Notes: generated by a model not told the origin, from the sequence alone. Shown: positions 17,162 to 26,629, counted from the stretch's first letter. The stretch is DNA of 64,000 nt from an uncultured Anaerolineales bacterium (GCA_964496595.1 CAZCAI010000001.1:22514-86513), one strand, 5' to 3'. Numbers and translations: made by a program.

Positions 17162-20100
17162 ATGGATGAGGTTATGAATACAATGGATGAAATAATACCT
17201 TGGACGAATCGGCGGTATTTGGATGCAGTGGCCGATCACGTGGTGCTCTTTGATGGCGCGACGGGCACCGAGTTGGCTAAGTACGGGCCTGGCCCGGCGG
17301 ACTTCGGCGGCGAGCGCACCGCGGGCCTGATGGAGATGTTGCTCTTTCATCGCCCGGAGGTTGTGGCGCAGGTGCACGCGACCTACTTCGAGGCCGGCGC
17401 CGAGGTGGTGGAGACGAACACCTTCCGGGGCAATCGCGTGAGCCTGGCGGAGTTCGGCGTCGCGGATCGCGCGCTGGAGATCAACCGCCGGGCGGCGGAG
17501 ATCGCCCGGCAGGCGGCGGATCGCGTCACGGCCGATAGTGGGCGTCCGCGTTTCGTCGCCGGCGCGATGGGGCCGACGGGCAAGTTGCCCTCGTTGGAGA
17601 AAATGGAGAGAATGGAAGAGGACGTGACCTTCGACGAGATCGCGACGGTCTACGCGGAGCAATCGCGCGGCCTGCTCGAGGGCGGCGTCGATCTGCTGCT
17701 GCTGGAGACTCAGCAGGATCTCCTGGAGCTGAAAGCCGCGATTCAGGGCATCTGGCGGACGTTCCGCGCTCTGAATCAGCGCGTGCCGATTCAGGCGCAG
17801 ATCACGTTGGACGTCCACGGGCGCATGCTCACCGGGCCGAGCGTTGAGGCGGCGCTGGCGACGCTGGCCGCGCTGCCCGTGGACGTGATCGGCCTGAATT
17901 GCTCCACGGGGCCGGAGGAGATGCGCGGCGCCATCCGGCGCTTGCTGGCGCTGACGCAACATCCTGTCTCGGTGCTGCCCAACGCGGGCATGCCGGAGAG
18001 CGTGGACGGGCGCGCGGTCTATCACATGGCGGCGGAGCCGTTCGCGGATGCGCTGGCGACCTTCGTCGCGTGGGGCGTGCGCATCGTGGGTGGATGCTGC
18101 GGTACCGGCCCGGAGCATATCCGGCAGATCGCCTCCGCCCTTACGGATGTCGATATCCCTCAACCCCGCCCTGTGTCCCTTGCCTCTTACCCCGTGCCCC
18201 TTGTTTCCTTGCCCTACGTCGCCAGCAATGTCGAGGCGGTGGCGTTGCATCAGGAGCCGCGCCCGCTGTTGGTCGGCGAGCGCGTCAACACGCAGGGATC
18301 GCGCAAGGCGCGTCGTTTGATCTTGGCCGAGCAGTACGACGCGCTGGTGGCGCTGGCCGAGTCGCAGGTTGCGTCGGGCGCGCACGTGTTAGATGTCTGC
18401 GTGGCGCTCACAGAGCGCGCGGACGAGATCACGACGATGCAGCGCGTGGTGAAGCTGTTGACGCTTAACTCGTCGGCGCCGCTGATGATCGACACGACCG
18501 ATCTGGCGGTGATGCGCGCGGCCCTGGCGACCTATCCCGGACGCGCGATTATCAACTCGGTGCATCTGGAGGCCGGCGAGGGGCGGGCGCGGCGCATCTT
18601 AGCGCTGGCGCGCGACTTCGGTGCGGCGGTCGTCGCGTTGACCATCGACGAGCAGGGGATGGCGAAGACGGCGGAGCGTAAGATGGCGATTGTTGAGCGT
18701 TTGTATCACCTGGCCGTGGACGAGATGGGCTTGCCGCCGCACGCCATGATCTTCGATCCCCTGACCTTCACGCTGGCGACCGGGGACGCGGACTCGGCGG
18801 GGGCAGCTGTGGCGACGCTGACGGCGCTGGAGCAGATCAAGGCGCGCTATCCCCAGGCGCTGATCAACCTGGGCGTGAGCAACGTCTCCTACGGCCTGAC
18901 GCCGCGCGCGCGCCACGTGCTCAACAGCGTCTTCCTCTATCGCGCCGTGGAGGCCGGCCTGGATATGGCCATCGTCAATCCCGCGCAGATCACGCCCTAC
19001 CCGGAGATCGCGCCGGAAGTCCGCGCCTTAGCCGAGGATGTGATTTTCAACCGGTCGCCGTCGGCGCTGCAAGACTACATCGCTTATTTTGCGGATCAAG
19101 AGGAAACGGATGAATTGGCAGTTGACGAAAGCGCCGCGCTGCCGCCTCACGAGCAGCTCTATCAGGCGATCCTCCATCGGCGCCGCGAGGGCGTCGAGGC
19201 GTTGGTGGATGCGACCTTGGAAGAGGAGGAGATGGCGCCCCTCGCGGTGCTCAACGATGTGCTGTTGCCCGCGATGAAGAAGGTGGGCGAGCGCTTCGGC
19301 GCGGGGGAGTTGATCCTCCCCTTCGTGCTCCAATCCGCCGATGTGATGAAGGCCGCGGTTGCGCAGCTTGAACCGCACTTGGAGAGCACCCAGGGGGTCA
19401 GCAAGGGAACGATTGTGCTGGCGACCGTCTTCGGCGATGTGCATGACATCGGCAAGAATCTGGTGCGGACGATTTTGGAGAATAACGGCTACGCGGTGCA
19501 TGATCTGGGCAAGCAGGTGCCGATGACGGAGATCGTCGATGCGGCAGTGGAGCGGCGCGCCGATGCGATTGGCCTGAGCGCGCTCCTGGTGGCGACCAGC
19601 CGCCAGATGGCCTTAGTCGTCGAGGAGTTGCATCGCCGGGGATTGCAGATCCCGGTGTTGGTGGGCGGCGCGGCGATCAACGCCGACTTCGCGCAGCGCA
19701 TCGCGCAGTGCGACGCCGGCGAGATCTATCGCGGCGGGGTCTTCTATTGCGAGGACGCCTTCGAGGCGCTCCAGGTGCTGGAGAACATCGTGCTCTTCAC
19801 GCCGCCCCCGCCGCCAGAGGATCATGATCACGAGCATGAGCGCGCAGTATCGGCCCCCAGCGCGGAATGTGCAACCTGCGGGACGGCGTGCGCGCTCTCG
19901 GCGCTGCAATCTGGGCCGGATACGATCCCCGCGCCGCCGTTCTGGGGCTATCGCGCCGAGATGGATGTGCCGTGGGCGGAGTTGGCGGAGCTGTTGGATC
20001 ACAAGCGTCTTTTCCGGGTGGGTTGGGGCGCGAAAAGCGCGACCGGCGAGCAGTGGGAGGCCGTGCGCGCCGATTTCGAGGCGCGGTTGGTGCGGATGTG

Positions 20101-20659
20101 GGCCGAGGCGCCGGACTATTTGCATCCCCGCGCGGTCTACGGTTACTTTCCGGTGCAATCCCAGGGCAACGACGTGCTGCTCTACGATTCGCAGCATCCG
20201 AAGGCGCGGTGCGAGATCGCGCGGCTGAACTTCCCCCGGCGGCCGCGCGGGGAGCGCTGGGTCAGCGTGGCCGACTACGTCGCGCCGGCGGCTGGCGAGG
20301 CCATCGACGTGGTCGCGATGCAGGTCGTCACGGTTGGCGCGGGGGCGACGGAGCGCTACGGCGCGTTGGATGCGGCGGGCGAGCACAGCGCGGCGTATTT
20401 CGTCCACGGGCTGGCGGCGGAGCTGGCCGAGACCACGGCGGAATGGATGCACCAACGCATCCGCCAAGAGCTGGGATTGGCCGCGCGCCAGGGCCGGCGC
20501 TACTCGTGGGGCTATCCCGCCTGCCCGGATCTGCAGGCGCATCGGATCGTCTTTGATCTGCTGCCGGCGGAGCGCGCGCTGGGGATGCAACTCTCATCCG
20601 CCGGGCAATTGATCCCGGAGCACAGCACGGCGGCGTTTGTCGTGCATAGTGATCGATGA
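17162..20659 (+). CDS. metH: Cobalamin-dependent methionine synthase.
   Basis: 1165 aa. Hcy S-methyltransferase domain, pterin-binding domain, B12-binding DxHxxG (DVHDIGKN), C-terminal AdoMet reactivation domain. Confidence 0.9.
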   Translation: MDEVMNTMDEIIPWTNRRYLDAVADHVVLFDGATGTELAKYGPGPADFGGERTAGLMEMLLFHRPEVVAQVHATYFEAGAEVVETNTFRGNRVSLAEFGVADRALEINRRAAEIARQAADRVTADSGRPRFVAGAMGPTGKLPSLEKMERMEEDVTFDEIATVYAEQSRGLLEGGVDLLLLETQQDLLELKAAIQGIWRTFRALNQRVPIQAQITLDVHGRMLTGPSVEAALATLAALPVDVIGLNCSTGPEEMRGAIRRLLALTQHPVSVLPNAGMPESVDGRAVYHMAAEPFADALATFVAWGVRIVGGCCGTGPEHIRQIASALTDVDIPQPRPVSLASYPVPLVSLPYVASNVEAVALHQEPRPLLVGERVNTQGSRKARRLILAEQYDALVALAESQVASGAHVLDVCVALTERADEITTMQRVVKLLTLNSSAPLMIDTTDLAVMRAALATYPGRAIINSVHLEAGEGRARRILALARDFGAAVVALTIDEQGMAKTAERKMAIVERLYHLAVDEMGLPPHAMIFDPLTFTLATGDADSAGAAVATLTALEQIKARYPQALINLGVSNVSYGLTPRARHVLNSVFLYRAVEAGLDMAIVNPAQITPYPEIAPEVRALAEDVIFNRSPSALQDYIAYFADQEETDELAVDESAALPPHEQLYQAILHRRREGVEALVDATLEEEEMAPLAVLNDVLLPAMKKVGERFGAGELILPFVLQSADVMKAAVAQLEPHLESTQGVSKGTIVLATVFGDVHDIGKNLVRTILENNGYAVHDLGKQVPMTEIVDAAVERRADAIGLSALLVATSRQMALVVEELHRRGLQIPVLVGGAAINADFAQRIAQCDAGEIYRGGVFYCEDAFEALQVLENIVLFTPPPPPEDHDHEHERAVSAPSAECATCGTACALSALQSGPDTIPAPPFWGYRAEMDVPWAELAELLDHKRLFRVGWGAKSATGEQWEAVRADFEARLVRMWAEAPDYLHPRAVYGYFPVQSQGNDVLLYDSQHPKARCEIARLNFPRRPRGERWVSVADYVAPAAGEAIDVVAMQVVTVGAGATERYGALDAAGEHSAAYFVHGLAAELAETTAEWMHQRIRQELGLAARQGRRYSWGYPACPDLQAHRIVFDLLPAERALGMQLSSAGQLIPEHSTAAFVVHSDR

Positions 20660-20755
20660 ACCTTGCGAAGGTTGCCAAGAGCCAGGTAAGCCAGGGCATC
20701 GGCGCCGGGCAGTGGATGCCGGGCTTTGCGGGTTTTGCGGAACCTTCGCAAGGGT
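20659..20755. repeat. Repeat family 1, copy 2 (97 bp). It overlaps the last base of the metH stop codon.
   Basis: AACCTTGCGAAGGTT at 20659-20673. AACCTTCGCAAGGGT at 20741-20755. Confidence 0.7.
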
Positions 20756-20789
20756 GAGGTAAACTACATAATTTTAACCTAGGGAGGCG

Positions 20790-22061
20790 TTGATGAAGGT
20801 TTTGGTGTTGGGTACGGGTAAGATGGGGCAGGGTGTGGCGTGGGATTTGGCGCACAACCCGGCGGTAGAGACGGTCGGGATGGTGGACATCCGTCGCAGT
20901 GCATTGGAGCGGGCGAAAAACAAGCTCCAGCACGAGTTTAAGAAGAAAGGACAAGTCGCCGAAAATGAAAAATTGGTCTTTCATCCCTTGGATATTACTG
21001 ATTTTGACGAATCGGCGCCGTTATTTGAAAAGTACGACGTTGGCGTGATCACGGTGTGCAATCGCCGTTGTAGCTACAAGGCCATCGAGGCGGCGATTTT
21101 GGCGGGTCTGGATGTGGTGGATATTCTGGAAGAGTATCATCGCCGCCCGGACGATCACGAAATCGAAGGGCTGGAGGCGCCGGAGGGGATGTCGCTTCGC
21201 GAGTATGGCGATTGGTTGCACGAGCGCGCTATCGAAGCGGGCGTGCTGGTGTTGGATGGGATGGGCTTCGCGCCGGGGTTGAGCAACATCACCTTGGGCG
21301 AGGGCATCCGCAAGATGGACGAGACGACATCGGCCGTCGCCAGAGTGGGGGGCATCCCCTGCAAGGTCTCGGCGCGGCGCCACCCGTTGCGCTATGTGAT
21401 TACCTGGGCCTTCTCGCACGTCCTGCGCGAGTATATGGTCAAGGTCAAGATCCGCCGCGATGGCGAGGTGGCCGTGGTCGATGCTGTGACGGATCTGGAG
21501 CGCTTCCGTTTCCAGCAATTTGGCAAGGATGAGGAACTGGTGTGCGCGATCACGCCGGGGATGCCCAGCTTTATCTACAGCCGGCCGGAGTTGCAGTCGT
21601 TCGCGGAGAAGACCATCCGCTGGCCGGGTCACTGGGAGGGTATCCTGACGCTCAAAGAATGTGGGCTGTTGAATTTGGAGCCGGTGGAATTCGAGGGGAT
21701 GATGATCAGCCCGCGCGAGTTCTTCAACGCGCTCGTGGAACCGAAGTTGCAGCCTATCGAAGGGGATCGCGATGTGTGCGTGATGTGGAACTCGGCGGTT
21801 GGCTCTCAGAACGGGCGTCCGATGCGCGTGGATTACTATCTGTGGGAGGAATCCGACGACGCGAACTCCGCGATGGCGCGCGTGACGGCTTTCCCGGCGG
21901 CGATTGCGGCGGTGATGATCGGCCAGGGCAAGATCGCGCGGACGGGCATTGTCCCGCCGGAGGATGCCATCGGCGGGGATGATGGTGCGTTGTACATGGA
22001 ATTCTTAGGCGAGTTGGAGAAGCGCGATATAGACATCTTGGAGATGGTATCGGCGGCGTGA
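20790..22061 (+). CDS. Saccharopine dehydrogenase-family protein (NADP-binding domain plus C-terminal domain).
   Basis: N-terminal Rossmann domain VLVLGTGKMGQGVAWDL. 423 aa with Sacchrp_dh-like layout. GGGAGG RBS. Confidence 0.7.
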   Translation: MMKVLVLGTGKMGQGVAWDLAHNPAVETVGMVDIRRSALERAKNKLQHEFKKKGQVAENEKLVFHPLDITDFDESAPLFEKYDVGVITVCNRRCSYKAIEAAILAGLDVVDILEEYHRRPDDHEIEGLEAPEGMSLREYGDWLHERAIEAGVLVLDGMGFAPGLSNITLGEGIRKMDETTSAVARVGGIPCKVSARRHPLRYVITWAFSHVLREYMVKVKIRRDGEVAVVDAVTDLERFRFQQFGKDEELVCAITPGMPSFIYSRPELQSFAEKTIRWPGHWEGILTLKECGLLNLEPVEFEGMMISPREFFNALVEPKLQPIEGDRDVCVMWNSAVGSQNGRPMRVDYYLWEESDDANSAMARVTAFPAAIAAVMIGQGKIARTGIVPPEDAIGGDDGALYMEFLGELEKRDIDILEMVSAA

Positions 22062-22101
22062 ATTCTATACCTTATTTTCGCTGTGATGCGGTTTTCGCGG
22101 G

Positions 22102-22200
22102 AACCCTTGCGAAGGTTAGTCGAGAGCCGTTCAAACTGAGTTTTTCTGTCAAAGACAAGGTACTTGAGGCCTAAAATCCTCATGTAACCTTCGCAAGGGT
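22102..22200. repeat. Repeat family 1, copy 3 (99 bp), between convergent gene ends.
   Basis: ACCCTTGCGAAGGTT at 22103-22117. AACCTTCGCAAGGGT at 22186-22200. Confidence 0.7.
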
Positions 22201-22288
22201 AAGGTGGAAAATGCGAGGCCCTCAGCACATTCGCTGAGGGCCTCGCTGCGTTATGGGATGAGATTCGATTGGATTTGGGCCGAGTGTC

Positions 22289-25200
22289 TCATCCCTCTCT
22301 TGTGACGAGCGGCAGGTAGATGATCTCCCCGTCGCTTTCCTCGCTGCTGGCGCCGAATACGGCGAACTCGCTGAGATGGCAGACCGGCGCGACCAGGAGA
22401 TTGCGATCTACATCTGGCGTGTAGCTGGGAACAGGCGGCCCGCAGGCGTTAGCCACATCGTCCCAATCGCTGAGGCTCTCGTTCCAGTAGGTGAGGCGCA
22501 AGGTGGTCTCGTCCTCGATGCCGGCGTTCATCCAATCCTCGTCACGATAGTGAATCGTAACGGTGATCTGTCCGCCGATTTGAGGCGATGCCTCCAGAGC
22601 GAACCCCCGACCAATAAAACCAAGACCGGAGGTGAACGGATGGGTGAGGGTGATATGCGGCGTGTATGTGAAGACCGTCTCCTCGCTCAATGTGCCGCTG
22701 GGGATCTCTATCGTCGTCGTCACCCCGGTCGTGTCGGTGAAGATCGTCGTCCCACCCGACGGGCCGACCGTGAACGCCTCCTGGATAAGAATCGTGTGCG
22801 TGCCGAAGGCGCTCCCGGCGTCATTGCTGGCGGTCACCGTGATGGTCTTGGGGCCGGGGTTGGCCCAGGTGCGATTCTTGAGGACGATGCTCCGTCCCAG
22901 GTTGTAGGGGCCTAGGATCCCCTCGTGGCCTGTGTATTTGACGTAGTAGGTGAGCGGCGTCGTGACATCGAGGGGATCGACCGTGATGGTGAAGGTGTAA
23001 AACTCGTTGGTTCTGCCGATTGTTGGCCCATCAATGTTGACGGCGGTTGGTGCGCCGGGCGCCGGGGCCTCACTGATGGTGATCGTGTGCGTGCCGATGG
23101 CGCTGCCGAGGTCGTTGCTGGCCGTCACTGTGATGGTCTTGGGCCCGGGCGTGGGCCAGGTGCGATTTTTCAGGATGATGCTTCGACCCAGCGTGGCTTC
23201 CAGAGGTGCGCCTTGGAGATCCGTGTAATCGATGACGTAGGTGATCGGTGTCGTGACGTCGATGGGATCGACCGTGATTGTGAATGTGTAAGATTCATTG
23301 GTATAGCCGACGGTGGGGCCACTGATGTTCACGCTGCTGGGCGCCGTCGGGACGGGCGTGCCGCTGCCGGAGAGATTGACCTCGGTGCGGATGCCACGTC
23401 CCTGCCAGGTGGGTGTGCCGCTGTCGGGCGTCAACGCGAGCGGCGTGGTGCTCAGGGGAAGAAAAGCCTTGAAGGTGAGGGCGTCGCCCACATTCGCGCC
23501 TTCGTCGCTCGTAGTCGTCGCGTCGTCGCCGTAGGCGTGCAGGAAGCCGTACTGCCCGGCTTCGGTCAGGATAAAATCGCCGATGTAGACGCTGTCGGGA
23601 TCGTAGACGGCCACAATCGTGCCCACAGGCGCAGGGCTGCCATCGATGGTGATCACGCCCCAAAAGTCAGACCACTCATCGGTCGCGACGTAGGGCATTG
23701 TGACCTCTAGATTGACCTCTTTCTGGTCTACGCCTGAGTTCCACACCGTTGATTTGGACGGCGTAGCCAAGCGCCCATTGATCGTAAAGCGAACTTCATC
23801 CCCATCCGCTATGCCTTCATCCCCCGGCGTGTTGGGATCGTCCACGTAGGTGTGGAGGAAACCGTAATATGGCGGCGTATGCACGGTAAACGCGCCGGCG
23901 ACAATGCCATCTGGATCGTAGGCGACCACGCGGGCGTTGCAAGGTGCAGAAAAGCCACTGAGGGATGCAACGCCGTAGAAGTCAACCCACTCAGTGGTCG
24001 GCGTAAAAAAATATGAGCTTGCTGCTCCTTGTGATATATCAGCGGATGATGGGGGGATGGCCGGTCGTCTGACCGGTGTGTCGGCGCCTGGATAGGTCAG
24101 GATCGGTGCGCTGGCCCCCTCGCTGATCTTGATCCAGTAGGCATACCCCGGCTCCATCATCGTCAGGTCGCTGAATTGCGGCTGGCCGGGCATATAGCTC
24201 TTGGCGCCGCCATCGAAGCTGCGGACGAGGTCGTAATCGCCGCTGATGCTCTCCAACGCCTGGGTGACGACCATCGTGATATCGGGCAGGTAGCTGACCA
24301 GATTCCAGCCCTCGTAGAGTTGGATGGACGTATCATCGCGCGCCGGTTCGTAGGTCAAGGTCAGCGTCTGGGTCGTCGCCGCTGTGATGTGAATCCAGTA
24401 GCCGTGCGCCACATCGATGGTGGTCAGATCGCTGGCGTCGGGATTGCCGGGATCGAAGGTCTTGCCGCCGCCGGATGGCCCGCCATCGAAGGCCAACACC
24501 AGATCGTACTGCCCCGCCAGGCTGCTCAACACCTGGGTGATCGCCGGATCGGGCGGGGTGACGTCAATCGAAAAGAGGTTCCAGCCGGGAGCTAAATCGT
24601 GGATAAACGTAGCGTCGGGCGCGTAGGCCGGGGACATCAACGTGGTCGTGCCGGAGAGATAATCGCCGATAACGTAATCATCCTGCGTGGTGGCCGCGAC
24701 GCGGATGCCGTGATTGGCCGGCAATGGCGCATCTAACGTGGCGGTGAAGCGCGCCGTGCCCGTCACGTTATCGATCACGGCGATGGTCAGCAATTCTAAG
24801 GCGTCCTGTTCATCGTCCAGGTCATCCAGATACAGCTCGACCAGGCAGTTGGGGCAGTCGCTGCCTGCCTCGGTCTCGCCGACGACCTGCGTGCCATCGA
24901 TGCTCACGATGCGCGGCGGATCAAACAATCGCAACGCTTCGGGGATGGCGGGGCCGTATTCGATCACCTTGGTAGTGCTGTCGCGCACGATGTTGTTGCG
25001 CAGCGTGAATTGGCGGGCGAGCGGCGAGCTATCGTTGACGAAGATCGCGCCCTCCGTAGGGTCATCACTCTCAGCGACGAAAAAGCTGGTTTTCGCATTG
25101 ACGATGGTGTTGGTCATCACCTGAATGCCCTGGCCGGTGACGAAGATCCCCTGGCCGCAGGCGCCGACCTCATTGCCCAGCCCATCGATGCCGATGGTGT

Positions 25201-26308
25201 TGTGCTCGAAAAGATTGTCGGCGCCCGCCGTCCATATCGCGGGCGGTGCGGTTTCGGTCGGGGAGTGGGGGCGATGGATGCCCGCGAGGGTGTTGTAGCG
25301 GACGATGTTGTTGCTGCCGCTGGAGAACTCGATCCCCGTCCCGCCGTACCACTGCGCGGGGTTGTAGAGGTTGGAGGCGACGCACGTGAGCCGATCCGCA
25401 GGGACGCTCGTATCGCCCCGCGTGCCGATGTAGTTGTATTGGATGATGTTGTTGTCCCCCTGCACAGAGACCCCGCTGTTGGAGCCGGTGACAATCGTGC
25501 CGCTGATCGTGTTGCCATCGCCCTGGATGGTGATGCCGCCGCCGGCCAGGGTAATATCGGGGTTCGTGCCGGGGACGATCTCCGTGCCGGCGGCGTTCAG
25601 GCCCACCCAAACCTCTTCGACCAGGTTGCTGCCGCCCACGCCGGAGACATCGTTCAAGAAGATACCGCCGCCGCCCTGGAAGGCCAGATTGCGAATGGTG
25701 TTGTGATTGACGCCCACCAGGTCAAAGGAATGCGTGCTGCTGATGACAATTTTGGGATCGCCGGTCGTGCGCCCGCCGGGCTGCGTGTCGCCATCGATGG
25801 TGATGTAACTATCGGGGTTGGCGGGATTGTCAAGATCCCCCACCACGATGGCCTCGCCGCCGGAACTGCTGGAATAGTCGGCGTCCATTACGATGGCCCA
25901 CGTTTGCGTGTCGGCGTGATAGTGTGTATCGGTCAATGGGAGGTTGAATTTGATGAGAATCGGGCGATCCGCCATCGGGCGATGGCTGGCCTCCACTAAG
26001 GCGCGCCGGAGGTTACATTTGCCATCACTGGCTGCGAAAAATGGACTTTGTGTGAAATAGCACGTCCTGGTCTGCGTCTCGCCGCTGGTGTCCTCCGTCG
26101 TGTTGATGGTGATGACGGTGGTGTAGTTCAGCGGCGCGCGGGCGCTGATGGGAGCGGAGAAAGGCTCCATCAGCGGCGTCAGGTCACGCTCTTGCGTCTC
26201 GATTGGATCGAGCCGCATGGCGTCGACGGCATCGTACCTCGTCGCCACGGCGCTCGATAGGAGCAAGAGCAGAGAGATAAGCGTTATCTGCCAGATTCTG
26301 CGTTTCAT
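22289..26308 (-). CDS. Very large secreted multidomain protein with right-handed beta-helix repeats, tandem PKD-like domains and internally duplicated modules. Probably a cell-surface or adhesin-like protein.
   Basis: 1339 aa. Signal peptide (MKRRIWQITLISLLLLLSSAVA). PbH1-like NxxGxxxxG repeats. Two ~95-aa PKD-like repeats (...TFTITVDP.DVTTP.TY...KTITVTASND.GSA.GTHTI). Other duplicated ~70-aa modules. GGAGGGG RBS. Confidence 0.85.
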   Translation of the reverse strand: MKRRIWQITLISLLLLLSSAVATRYDAVDAMRLDPIETQERDLTPLMEPFSAPISARAPLNYTTVITINTTEDTSGETQTRTCYFTQSPFFAASDGKCNLRRALVEASHRPMADRPILIKFNLPLTDTHYHADTQTWAIVMDADYSSSSGGEAIVVGDLDNPANPDSYITIDGDTQPGGRTTGDPKIVISSTHSFDLVGVNHNTIRNLAFQGGGGIFLNDVSGVGGSNLVEEVWVGLNAAGTEIVPGTNPDITLAGGGITIQGDGNTISGTIVTGSNSGVSVQGDNNIIQYNYIGTRGDTSVPADRLTCVASNLYNPAQWYGGTGIEFSSGSNNIVRYNTLAGIHRPHSPTETAPPAIWTAGADNLFEHNTIGIDGLGNEVGACGQGIFVTGQGIQVMTNTIVNAKTSFFVAESDDPTEGAIFVNDSSPLARQFTLRNNIVRDSTTKVIEYGPAIPEALRLFDPPRIVSIDGTQVVGETEAGSDCPNCLVELYLDDLDDEQDALELLTIAVIDNVTGTARFTATLDAPLPANHGIRVAATTQDDYVIGDYLSGTTTLMSPAYAPDATFIHDLAPGWNLFSIDVTPPDPAITQVLSSLAGQYDLVLAFDGGPSGGGKTFDPGNPDASDLTTIDVAHGYWIHITAATTQTLTLTYEPARDDTSIQLYEGWNLVSYLPDITMVVTQALESISGDYDLVRSFDGGAKSYMPGQPQFSDLTMMEPGYAYWIKISEGASAPILTYPGADTPVRRPAIPPSSADISQGAASSYFFTPTTEWVDFYGVASLSGFSAPCNARVVAYDPDGIVAGAFTVHTPPYYGFLHTYVDDPNTPGDEGIADGDEVRFTINGRLATPSKSTVWNSGVDQKEVNLEVTMPYVATDEWSDFWGVITIDGSPAPVGTIVAVYDPDSVYIGDFILTEAGQYGFLHAYGDDATTTSDEGANVGDALTFKAFLPLSTTPLALTPDSGTPTWQGRGIRTEVNLSGSGTPVPTAPSSVNISGPTVGYTNESYTFTITVDPIDVTTPITYVIDYTDLQGAPLEATLGRSIILKNRTWPTPGPKTITVTASNDLGSAIGTHTITISEAPAPGAPTAVNIDGPTIGRTNEFYTFTITVDPLDVTTPLTYYVKYTGHEGILGPYNLGRSIVLKNRTWANPGPKTITVTASNDAGSAFGTHTILIQEAFTVGPSGGTTIFTDTTGVTTTIEIPSGTLSEETVFTYTPHITLTHPFTSGLGFIGRGFALEASPQIGGQITVTIHYRDEDWMNAGIEDETTLRLTYWNESLSDWDDVANACGPPVPSYTPDVDRNLLVAPVCHLSEFAVFGASSEESDGEIIYLPLVTREG

Positions 26309-26320
26309 CGTAAACCCCTC

Positions 26321-26374
26321 CTTGGTTTCCTTGGTTTCCTTGGTTTCCTTGGTTTCCTTGGTTTCCTTGGTTTC
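26321..26374. repeat. Perfect 9-bp tandem repeat x6 (CTTGGTTTC on the + strand; GAAACCAAG on the gene strand) immediately upstream of the RBS of the giant secreted-protein gene.
   Basis: Read directly from the sequence. Ends 4 nt before GGAGGGG and 13 nt before the start codon. Confidence 0.8.
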
Positions 26375-26392
26375 CTGAAAAAACTGTGAGAT

Positions 26393-26629
26393 TCAAGTAC
26401 CCGTTTGAGTTTCATTGGCTTCACCCCCGTGCGACTTTAGTTCATCGTTATCCTCCTCTGTATCGATTTGGATTTGGAGAAACGCGCACAGATCTTTTAG
26501 GCTAGCGAACGCTTGGCGCTCCCCGTTGAACGGATTTTCGATGGAGGCCCGCCAGACTGCATCGCTTTCGTTGCCCGTTCGCCAGATGCGCAGCAGATAG
26601 GATAGATAGTCTCTCCGTTGTCTTGTCAT
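26393..26629 (-). CDS. Small hypothetical protein (78 aa), co-directional with and upstream of the giant secreted-protein gene.
   Basis: ORF with GC3 bias. N-terminal basic segment (YLSYLLRIWRTG...WRASIENPFNGERQAFASLKDLCAFL) and acidic tail. Confidence 0.5.
   Translation of the reverse strand: MTRQRRDYLSYLLRIWRTGNESDAVWRASIENPFNGERQAFASLKDLCAFLQIQIDTEEDNDELKSHGGEANETQTGT

Noticed and set aside
12208-22200. The 98-bp elements interpreted as integron attC sites.
   Set aside because: The ends do not match the RYYYAAC/GTTRRRY core-site consensus. No intI-like gene or cassette organisation is visible. The flanking genes are housekeeping genes in normal context. The question is kept open as REP/MITE-like rather than called attC.
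26321-26374. Tandem repeats considered as a CRISPR array; this also applies to the repeat at 42007..42051.
   Set aside because: The units are 9 bp with no spacers. The periodicity and length are wrong for CRISPR, and no cas genes are present.
26148-26396. ORFs translating the 9-bp tandem repeat as LVSLVSLVS... or GNQGNQGNQ...
   Set aside because: These are artefacts of translating a non-coding tandem repeat. The repeat sits in the 5' leader of the 22289..26308 gene.
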